DNA from: the human T2T-CHM13v2.0 reference genome, Homo sapiens
Assembly: GCF_009914755.1 (NCBI RefSeq)
Contig: NC_060931.1
Reading direction: 5' to 3' (one strand)
DNA: 64,000 nt
Below the pieces are notes generated by a model. The model was not told where the DNA came from. It made no database searches and saw only the letters and a program-made list of their open reading frames with translations. A program made the position numbers and the translations under genes. Positions 33,985 to 52,200 of this stretch are shown here, piece by piece; position 1 is the stretch's first letter; every line of letters begins with the position of its first letter.

Positions 33985-35095
33985 TTTTAATCCTAAACCT
34001 AACTTTCACTGTAATTCTAGCCTAACAAGACCCTAACTAGCATTAACCCAAAAGCTAAGTCTGTCATTGATTTTAATCCTAACCCTATTTCTATCCCTAA
34101 TCATAAATCTAACCATAACATTAAGCCTGACTCAAGCCTAATCTAACTTTTACCTTAAACCTAACCCTAGTCAAACCCCAAAGTTACCACCTATATTAAA
34201 TAAAACATAACCTTACCAAAACAGAATATAAACCTTAATCCAAGAGCTCTCTCTAAGCCTAACTCCTGACCCTAACAACAAATAGCTCTACTAATAAACT
34301 TTATCCTAATTATAACAATAACCCACATCCACACTCTAATCCTAATTCTGAATTTAACATAATCTGTCACTAACAATACTCTAACCACACCCAATCCCCA
34401 AATTAGCATTAATTCTAAACCCTAACACTAAGCCTAACCCAAATGTAATTTAATCCTAACCTGAACTTCAAACCCAAAACTAACCCTAACCTTAAATCTA
34501 ACCCTAAACTAACTGTAACCCTAACTAACTCCAGCTCTGAGAATCAACTTTACCTCAACTCTACCCAATTAACCTAAACACTAACGATATCCTTAACTCC
34601 AACCCTAAGTCTAAAGGTAATCCTCATACCAACCAAATATTAAGCCTAACCATAATCATAAATATAATCATATTGCCAAAACTAATCCAAATTTAACTCT
34701 AACACCAAATTTAGCCCTAACCCAATACTAATTCTAACTCTAATATTTGAACTAACCCCAAATATTACCTTATTATAGTCATGAACTTCATCAAATTGCC
34801 AACTCTAATCCTAACTCCAACACTGTCGTTAACCTTCAATTTAACTGTTAATAGTATCACTAAACCTCAGCACTAATCTTTACCCTCATATTAACTCTAT
34901 CATTAAGCAAACCCTGGATTAACAAAACTCCTATGTAAACCCTTACTCTAATTCTAATTCTAACCCCAACTCGTCAACTAAAAACAACTCTAGTCCTAAT
35001 GCTCATTTTAATAACCCTAAGCCCGGTGCCAACTCTAGCACTAAATTTATCCTGAAACCTAATACTAACCCCAAAACAAGAAACAGAGCTCTAAT
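33985..35095 (+). repeat. Degenerate (CCCTAA)n-like tract (interstitial telomere-like sequence)
   Basis: About 10 exact CCCTAA hexamers and pervasive CCTAAC/TCTAAC/CCTAAT variants; G-poor. Confidence 0.65.
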
Positions 35096-35129
35096 TTGAA
35101 TAAATAATCCAATTCGAAATCTGTCACTG

Positions 35130-37110
<1,981 letters not shown>

Positions 37111-37149
37111 TATTTTTAACTCCTCTTTTTAAGATCTGTGAAGAGCTTC

Positions 37150-41014
<3,865 letters not shown>

Positions 41015-42939
41015 CTATCACTTTCCTAAGAACACATTTTTTCCAGACAAGCCCGGAACAGCTGGGTGGTCACAATCACCTAGACTAGCCTGGCCTTCCC
41101 AAGCCTCTGCGCCATTCTCTGGTGCTCAGCCTCTTACTCCACACTTGGTCCTGTCCCATCCACCCATGTGGCTTGTCACCAGCCTCATTCATGAGATTAA
41201 TGGGTTTTCACACTCAGAGGCTGCTTGCTGGCTCTGCGCTCTCACCTCCACACTCAGCCTGTCCTTGCAGCAGCTGTGGTCAATTCCTTTCTGCTCTGTC
41301 TCCCTCTGCTCAGGCTGGGGTCACAGCAGTGTGGTGAGGTCAGCCCTGTGTGGGGAGGAACACTCAGCATGGCTTATTGCTAAGGAAGAGCTGGGAGGTT
41401 TCTGTCCTGTTTTGTTCACTTGGAAAATGTATTGATTGCTTGGTGGCACATTTTTCTGATAAACAGAGCAGAGTAATGGATGGTGTATGGGAACTGGACC
41501 TGGGGAAGCTAACCTCACACTGCTATGATACGGACCTTGTGATGTGCAGCATTTCTCCATCTGCAGGATTATTCTTCTGTTTGCTCAGCTCAGTGAAGAT
41601 TTAAACTGAACAGATGGTCATGTTCCTTCAGATTTGCTTTCTAGAATATTCTGACCTTTTGTAGCCTGTAAGGATTTTTTTCTCCAAGCAAAAGTAAAAG
41701 CAAGAGCATATCTTGGTTGCATTGGGTGTTACTAAAGTGATTTGTGCAGGCCTCTCAGTCTCAGGACTTCTCCCAGCCCCTGCTCTGTGGGAGCCAGTAC
41801 CCTTGGACTTCTCTACCAGGTGCTGGAGGTGGAGGCCTCACTCCACAGATGAGGCCTATTCCCACCCCATTATATGCATGTTGACCAAAGCCAGGTTGAA
41901 TTTCCCAGGTCCAGCCTCAAAAAGTACCATCTCCCAACTGACAGGGATGGAGGCAACTGTTTTGGCTAGCTTAAGGGGCAGGTAGGGGTCAACAGGAAGC
42001 TGCCTACCCCCACCCTGCTGCTTATCTTGGTCCTGGGTGGCCTTGGTCCAAGGCTGCTTATTTTAGTCCAAGATGGAGCTGGCCTCAACCCCTGATGAAA
42101 TACTGCCCTCCTGCTGAGAGCTCAGCACATGGGGGAACCATGGGAGCACAGACAACCCCTGGCCTACAGCCACTCTGTACCCGGCCACCTATAAACTGGC
42201 ATGACTTGGCAGCATTCATTGTAGCAATTCGGGGGAAAATAGGAAAATACCTGCAAAAACAGGGTAGAAACTCCCTGCAATCCCACCAGCAGGACACAAG
42301 CACTCTCAATATTATATTCCATCTTTTTTTTTCTACCTACACAGACAGAGAACGGATTCTACGACAGTTTTGTTTCTGATTACCCTGGCCTGCAGCGCCT
42401 CTCTCCAGCCCCTCCCAGCATCTTCCCTAGATCCGTCTCACGCATCAAGGTGGGGTCTGGGCTCCTGGGAGGGACAGTGTGTCACAGTGCTCTCTGTGGC
42501 CTCCAGCTCAAGTATCTTGTGACCCTGCAGCAGAGTGACAGCAAGCCAGGGGTTACTGCTCCATCTGTTCTTCAGGAGCTCCGGGGGCTGAGCATCACTT
42601 TAGGCCAGGACAGAGCTTCCAGAAGACATGGCTGCATTCTAGGGGAGGGGGGCTTGCGGGCAAAGCTCTGACCCTTCTGGGGCTCAGGAGCAGTTTTTGG
42701 AGAGGATGAGTTTGTCAATGCCCACCTGCGGTGCTTACGCACCCACATGGCTGTAGAACCTGCTGTCTGGCCAGAGCGCTTGCCCCTCCTCACCAACCAG
42801 GCAGAGAGGGGGTCACAGCAGACAGAGGCTAGAGCAAGCCTTTCCCTGCATGGAAAAGGAGCACCCTGGTGACCACTGGAGAATGGCCTACAGTCCATGA
42901 ATTTAAAAAAAAAAAAAGGGGGGGGGGGTTGTTGGGGGA

Positions 42940-45395
<2,456 letters not shown>

Positions 45396-46936
45396 AAGCC
45401 GGAGGAGTATATGTGAGGATAATTAAAATAATTAAGTCTAAGCATTTTTTGAGGGGAGACCAATTTAACTTTAAATGTAAAAAAGAAAAAGAAAAAAGGT
45501 CACCTTTATGGTTCTGCTTCCTCATCTGCAAAACGGAGATAGTCACTCCTGCTCCCAGAGCTGCTGGGGGACCGGACACTGCAGTGAGGGAAGCCACCCC
45601 CAAGCCCATGTATGGGATCTCCTCTTCCTGCATGCTGGAAAAAGGATCTCCTCTGTGTGTGTGTCATCACATGCCATGTCATGTAGTCCTTGTACCAATT
45701 TGAGGAGAGGTTTCTAGTAAACTCGTTCTGTTGGTGGAAAATGTGGATAGACTGGAACAAGTGGGTAGAAGCTGGACTCCTATATAGGCACTGTCCAACA
45801 CAAGCCAATGATGCCATCCCAGTGCTCAGGCATCGCTCCTCATCTGCAAAGTGAGTGCACTGGTGTGACATGGAGGGCGTGTGCCTGCACGTGCGGCCAC
45901 AAGTGCTGACATCATCCCCCTCAGTGCCTCAGGCACATCATGGAACCTCTGTTTTCTCACCAGTAACTAGGCAATGATGGTAACTCTCACCTCAAAGGTA
46001 TTGGGTGGGGGATATTTGCAAAGTGCTGGAACTATGGTGCTTCGTGAGTTTTTCTATTCACTATAGTGAATGCTATGTATGGGTTTGTCAAAGTGGTGTG
46101 TGATGCATATGAACCTTCTGTCACTTTCCCCTTCCTAGCATGTCGTCCCATCCCTTGGGCTGGATCTCAGGACCCCAGGAACCACCTGTCAATTATGACC
46201 TTTTCCCCTCGAGGCTGTGGGCATGAGCAGGGAGTGCCCACCAGCAAGCTGGACCCCAGATGTGTCTCCCACTCTGGACTTCCCTGAAGTTATCACTTGT
46301 CACTAAGGCCCTCCACTCAGCCTGACAGTGGGGCTTCCTAAAGATCTGGGGGAGCTTTGGGCTCTCCTCCCACTCCCAGTGCACTAGGGAGGAGAATGTA
46401 GACAGGAAATGGGCAGATGCTGCTGGGCTCTCTGATGAGGTCACCTGCAGAGGGCAGAGGACCCACCTAATGTCTAGGACTGTGTAGGATTGCGTGATTG
46501 AAAGGTACCCTTCATGTCTGATTGTCCTGTGAGGGAGGTGCCTGGCCCAGTCCTGAAGCCACCTAAGCCAAGGACAGACTCCGGAGCTGGCTGTGTGGAG
46601 GCTTCTGGGGGCTTTTGGGTTGGGCTAGGAGAGAGCTGCCCTCCCCAGGACAGGAGCAGCAAGACATTGACCTGCAGGCCGGAGGTGACCCTGAGCCCCT
46701 ACACCTGCAGGTGCCTAGCCATTCAACAGGAGAGGCCCCAGAAAGTACAGAGACTGGACAGTCCCAAACTGTCATATGCCACCCAAAGGCCCTGGTGGAA
46801 GACGTGAACCTGCCCACACAACAAAGTGGCAAACCAAGCCAGGGTGCTCTCTGAATTTAGGTTGCCCCATAAGAAGGAAAGCACAGCTCTGGGGGCACAG
46901 AGAACACCAACTGATGGAAAAGAGGAAGGAGCTAAA

Positions 46937-48385
46937 GGGCTGAGGGCTGAGGGGATTGAGGGGTCTGAGGGGGCTGAGGGCTGAGGGGCTGAGGGCTAAG
47001 GGCTGAGGGGCTGATGGGGCTGAGGGCTGAGGGGCTGAGGGGTCTGAGGGGGCAGAGGGGCTCAAGGGGCTGAGGGCTGAGGGGCTGAGGGGGCTGAGGG
47101 GGCAGAGGGGCTCAAGGAGGCTGAGGGCTGAGGGGGTTGAGGGGGCTGAAGGGGCTGAGGGCTGAGGGGCTGAGGGGTTGAGGAGGCTGAGGGGCTGAAG
47201 GAGGCTGAGAGATGAGAGGCTGAGAGCTGAGGGGCTGAGGGGGCTGAGAGGGCTGAGGGGCTGAGGGGGCTGAGAGGGCTGAGAGGGCTGAGAGGGCTGA
47301 GGCGCTGAGGGGTTGAGGGGGCTGAGGGCTGGGGGGCTGAGGGCTGAGGGGGGTAAGGGCTGAGGGCTGAGGGAGCTGAGGGTTGAGGGGCTGAGGGGGC
47401 TGAGAGGGCTGAGGGGCTGAGTGGTTGAGGGGGTTGAGGGGGCTGGGGGCTGGGGGGCTGAGGGCTGAGGGGGGTGAGGGCTGAGGGGGGTAAGGGCTGA
47501 GGGCTGAGGGAGCTGAGGGGGCTGAGGGGATGAGGGGTTGAGGGGACTGAGGACTGAGGGGCTGAGGGTTTGAGGGGGCTGAGCACTGAGGGGCTGAGGG
47601 ATTGAGGAGGCTGAGGGCTGAGGGGCTGAGGGAGTTGAGGGGTTGAGGGGGCTGACGGCTGAGGGCTGAGGGGCTGAGGGGCTAAGGAGGCTGAGGGGCT
47701 GAGGGGCTGGGGGGCTGGGGGGCTGAGGGGGCTGAGGGGCTGAGTTGTTGAGGGGGTTGAGGGGGCTGGGGGCTGAGGGCTGAGGGGGTTAAGGGCTGAG
47801 GGCTGAGGGAGCTGAGGGCTGAGGGGCTGAGGGGGCTGAGAGGGCTGAGGGGCTGAGTGGTTGAGGGGGTTGAGGGGGCTGGGGGTCGGGGGGCTGAGGG
47901 CTGAGGGGCTGAGGGGTTGAGGAGGCTGAGGGCTGAGGGGCTGAGGGCCTGAGGGACTGAGGGCTGAGGGCTGAGGGGCTGAGGAGGCTGAGGGGGCTGA
48001 GGGCTGAGGGGTTGAGGGAGCTGAGGGCTGAGGAGCTGAGGGGTTGAAGGCTGAGGGGCTGAGGGCTGAGGGGTCTGAGGGCTGAGGGGTCTGAGGGCTG
48101 AGGGGTTGAAGGGGCTGACGGGCTAAGGGGCTGAAGGGGCTGAGGGAGCTGAGGGCTGAGGAGCTGAGGGGTTGAAGGCTGAGGGGCTGAGGGCTGAGGG
48201 GTCTGAGGGCTGAGGGGTTGAAGGGGCTGAGGGGCTGAGAGGCTGAAGGGGCTGAGGGGCTGAAGGAGGCTGAGGGCTAAGGGGTGAGGGGGATTGAGGG
48301 TGCTGAGGGGCTGAGAGAGCTGAGGGCTGAGGGGGCTGAGGGAGGCAGAGGGGCTGAGGGAGGCAGAGGGCTGAGAGGCTGAGGG
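46937..48385 (+). repeat. G-rich G(2-5)CTGA tandem repeat / VNTR, about 1.45 kb
   Basis: GGGCTGA/GGGGCTGA/GGGTTGA units with internal block duplications. Confidence 0.95.
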
Positions 48386-49022
48386 CCTGGTGCCATGAGG
48401 GCCCCTGAGGGGCTGGCGGAGCTGCTGGAGGCTGAGGCTGGGGTAGGCCTGGAGATGGGGTGGTCAGCCTGGGGGCTGCAGGGGTCTCCCAAGGCCTCCC
48501 TGTGGGTCTTTCGAGGGCACAGGCCCTGCTCCCGGAGGCTGGGAGTTCTGGCCGCAGGGCCTGTCCTTCAGTTACTAGGCTCCAGAGGTCGGTCCCAGCG
48601 CCTCAGACACCCACATCCAGCAGGGACAGGGACAGCTCGCGGCTGGGATAGCGTCAGCCCTGGGCCACGGCGGCTTGGCACCACATCCCGTGACAGCTCT
48701 GTCTCCAGGCGTGCTCCCCAGCCCTGCCTGAAGATGAACCCCAAGCCCTCGCCAGTGGCCAGGTAGGAACAAGGCCAGGAGCCCTGTGGAGAGGAGCAGG
48801 GGACCACTGCGTGGACGGGGCAGGCTGGGGCACAAAGGGCACTGCTTCCTCTGGATAGCGCTAACTCCGAGAGCTCGGGCTCCTATCCCTAGCCGGGGCG
48901 CCTGGCCTCCTGCAGTCGGGTCCCCAGCGGGTGAGCCGGGCGCAGGTGGACCTGACCGAGGAGGCGGCCGGAGCCCCTGCGGGTGAGGCGGGAGCGGCGA
49001 GCAGGAGGGCTGACTCAGAAGG

Positions 49023-49028
49023 TTTATT
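49023..49028 (-). terminator. MYO1G polyadenylation signal AATAAA
   Basis: tttatt on + strand, 56 nt past the stop codon. Confidence 0.85.
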
Positions 49029-49084
49029 TGCAGCGCTGGCGGGGCGGACAATTGGCGGCCTCGGGGTGCGGCGGGTGCGGGCGC

Positions 49085-49241
49085 TCAGCGGCTGGGCCAG
49101 AGCAGGGTGAAGGAGCCGCGAGCGCAGCGGAAATCGGGCTCTGGCTGCTCCGGCCTGGGCTCCACGGAGATGAGGCGCCGGACCCCGCGATGGCTTAGTG
49201 GGATGCAGTCGGAGACGCGAACCTCCAGGGTGCGGCCCTCC
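49085..49241 (-). CDS. MYO1G: MYO1G exon 22 coding part to TGA stop
   Basis: cag|G GAG GGC...CCC AGC CGC TGA, 157 nt; preceding intron is only 74 nt. Confidence 0.96.
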
Positions 49242-52200
49242 CTGCGGCAGGAGGAGGGGTCAGGGCGGCCACGCGGCCGGGGCTTCGTGCCCGCTACCGC
49301 CCAGCCTGCACTCACCCCTGGCAGTGTGCGGCCAGCACGCCCACCAGCTCCCCAACGCGGTTGTCCAATGGCGGCCGGGAGCGGTGCAGGCACACCACGA
49401 GGTCGTCCTGGCCGCGGGCGTGCAGCACCACCAGCTGGTCTCCTCCGCTGGTCACGCTCAGCCCCGTCACCTGAGCGGAGCGCGGGGTCAGAGTGCAGCC
49501 GCCTCAACCCGCACCCCAGCCTAGCCGGACTCACCCCCTCCCCAGGAAGCCTCTGCCGAACCCCCAACCGCACCCGGGGAGCGCCGCCCTCGCCAGGGCC
49601 ACCAGCCCCCCACCGCCCCCTCCTCCCTCTCGGGGCCCTGCTGACAGGGGGAAGCTTGGGCGGGACGCTGCACAATACGATTTTCTCCAGGACTGATGGT
49701 TCTAGATCCTTGCTGTCCAACAGGGCCGCCACTGCTCACCTGTGGATGCTAAGCCCTTGCATGTGCTACTGCCTGGAGGAGCCGTTTTTAGTTCTAGGTC
49801 ACTTTCACTGCATTTAAACAACCACGCCGGCTTTGGGCTGTGGCATTACACAGCAAGGCACTCACCGCCCTTTCTATTGGGACAGTCATGGGACCCCTGA
49901 AACTGTGGGAGACCCAGAGGTAGCCTGGCCTTGATCCCTACCCCCGTCTTGTGGGAAAGACAATTTATGGGAACAGCAGCTGCTAATGAAGGGAGCAAGT
50001 AGGCCACAGAGCTCGGCAGAAGGTTCCGGAGTGGCCGGGACGGTATCCCACAGGAGGCCCAGAACATTGTGGTGGGTACTCAGGTCCCAGAATGCCCAGG
50101 TGGGAGAACCCCAGTTGGGCACAAGTTGGAAGAGGGGACCATTTGGCTTGGCTAGAGTGTGAGAGTGGGGGTGGGGGGTGACTGGGCTGGTGGGGATCAC
50201 AGGATGGGACCTTTCACTCTGTGGGCGTGGGAAGCCACTGCAGGATTTTCAGCACGGGTGCCACCATCGCTGAGTTTTAGGATGGTCTGGGCCATCTCAG
50301 GTAAACAGGGGAGAGAAGACTGAGGCAGGACTCTGAGCAGCCCAGCAGTGCCCCTCACAGATGCTGCACCCTACTCCCCACCCACATTGCTCACCGCCTC
50401 AAGGGGCACGGCCCGCATCACCCGGTACTGCCGGTCAGGGTCCAGCTTGTAGAGGTGCTGGTCTGTGAGCAGGAGGGCCCGGTTCCGGATCTTGTGGAAG
50501 CGGTTCACCTGTGGGAGAGGTGGCTGGACCCAGGCTGGTGCTGCCCTGTCACCCACCAGGGCCCCAGGCTTCGGCAGTCCCTACTGCCTCCCCTCCCCGC
50601 TGGCGACAGTTTTGGGAGTGTCAGGAGCAGCTGGGCCTGGGCTGGGGTTGCCTCCATTTTCTCCCAAGTGCCCCCCCAAAACTCTGCACCAGCTTCTAAC
50701 CTTGCAGACGTGGCTAGAAAAAGAGCACAGCCCTGAAGCCATCCTTGTCCCTTGTCTAACCTTGCGGACATGGCTTGAAAAGAGCACAGCCCCGAAGCCA
50801 TCTTTGTCCCGAAGTGTCTTTAGTCGCTGAGCAAACAGGCTTGATGCTGTGGGATTGTCAGTGGCCTGAGGACAGATGGAGGGGAGGGGGCGCTGCTTGG
50901 GATTGAGTCATGGGACCAGACTCAATTGATAGCAGCTGTCTGTGAATCAGCATAGCTATCCTTCATCTCGGGAAACTGAGTCACACAGACTTGTGCGTGA
51001 GCTGAGCAGCCCTGGATTTCCTGAGGGCACAGAGCCCTCTTGTGTTGACTTCTAGGCTGCATCTGAGCCTGGCCCTCCTGTCATCCACACCCACCCCCGA
51101 AGGCCACTGCTCCTGAAGCCCAGGATGAGACCTTGCAGAGCTCTGGTGGGGGCTGAGGTACAGGGCCACCAGGACAGACAACCCCAGGCCTGGGAGAGGA
51201 CATCTGAGGGGACCTGGTCACAGCATTAGCCGAGAGCCCTCTTTGGCAGCCCACTTCCCCCTGGCAGCCCTGGACTCGCCTGGCACTTACAGAGGACAGG
51301 TAGTCTCGGGCCCAGGCCCGTCGGCAGCCCCAGTCCTGACGAAGCCCTTGCAGGGCCCCCATGGCGGCCACCTTGGCCTTGATCTGGGGCATGTCTGAAG
51401 GGGGGATGTTCTTCACCAGCTGCCGGGCCCGCCACCTGGGAGAGGGCATGTAGTCAGACAGATGCTGGCCATGTGTTCATGTGCTCCCTGAGCCCCCTCT
51501 CCACAGAGGAAGCTGAGCCCTCAGCCTGGTGCTGCCTGCCTTTCATGTCCCAACCTCTGCCGGCCTCTCTGGCCTTGGCCCCTTGTGCCTAACGCTTGTT
51601 CCTGGAAGGTGACCCAGGGACCAGCAGTCGCCCAGTGTCCTCCTGTTCTGAGCATGCTCTGTGCCCCTCCTTCTGGAGAACTCCTACTCAGCCCTCAAGA
51701 CCCCGCTCAGATGCAGAATCCCCTTACTTCCCAGCCCTAATGGGCCTCCCCCTGCAGGCTGCAGCCCTGGACCTTGAATGCCCACCACAGTACCCAAGAT
51801 GGTCAGGGCTCTGCACCAACTGTGGGACATGAGCAGTCAGCTAATGTGGCATAGCATCCACCTTCCCACCTATCAAGGGGGCTGGTGTATCTCCCATCCA
51901 GGCACTGCAGGCCCGGGATGATGGGTTAAGGTATTCAGTGGATGCCAGCTGAATGGAATGTGTGGTGGGCTGAGAGTAGTACCTGCAGAAGAGTGCGTGG
52001 CAGGTGTCCTGGAAGGGCTGCAGCACAGCAGGGGGCAGCGGCCACACAAGGTCACGCCCGTAGAGTGGCGGCTGCCTTGCAGCCTGGAATCGCCGCTGCA
52101 GCTCAGCCAGGTGAGCCCGCACCTTGTGTCTCCGGAACCAGCGCATGATGGTGTAGATAGCCCTCAGCCTCCGGCAGCGCCACCTCGCCAAGGTGCCCCG

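Larger units (their letters stand above)
48860..49700. promoter_or_regulatory. CpG island over the last two MYO1G exons and 3' end
   Basis: Visibly dense CpG and high GC compared with CpG-poor flanks. Confidence 0.75.

Noticed and set aside
41538-41655. Possible C/D box snoRNA (GTGATG...CTGA)
   Set aside because: Box C is imperfect (GTGATGT), there is no terminal stem, and it is not within a recognised host intron.
45400-46930. Possible lncRNA downstream of MYO1G
   Set aside because: Exon structure cannot be defined from sequence alone; only MIR-like remnants and unique GC-rich sequence are visible.
47062-47586. Pro/Ser-rich 174-aa ORF (PSAPQP repeats)
   Set aside because: It is a translation of the C-rich strand of the VNTR, which rarely contains stops; it has no ATG start.
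49107-49817. 236-aa + strand ORF over the MYO1G 3' end
   Set aside because: It is an antisense frame in a CpG island where stops are depleted; no homology recognised.
50876-50895. Partial CTCF-like GGGGGCGCTG in intron 18
   Set aside because: It lacks the CCAC/CCAG half and is the complement of the exon 19 polypyrimidine tract.
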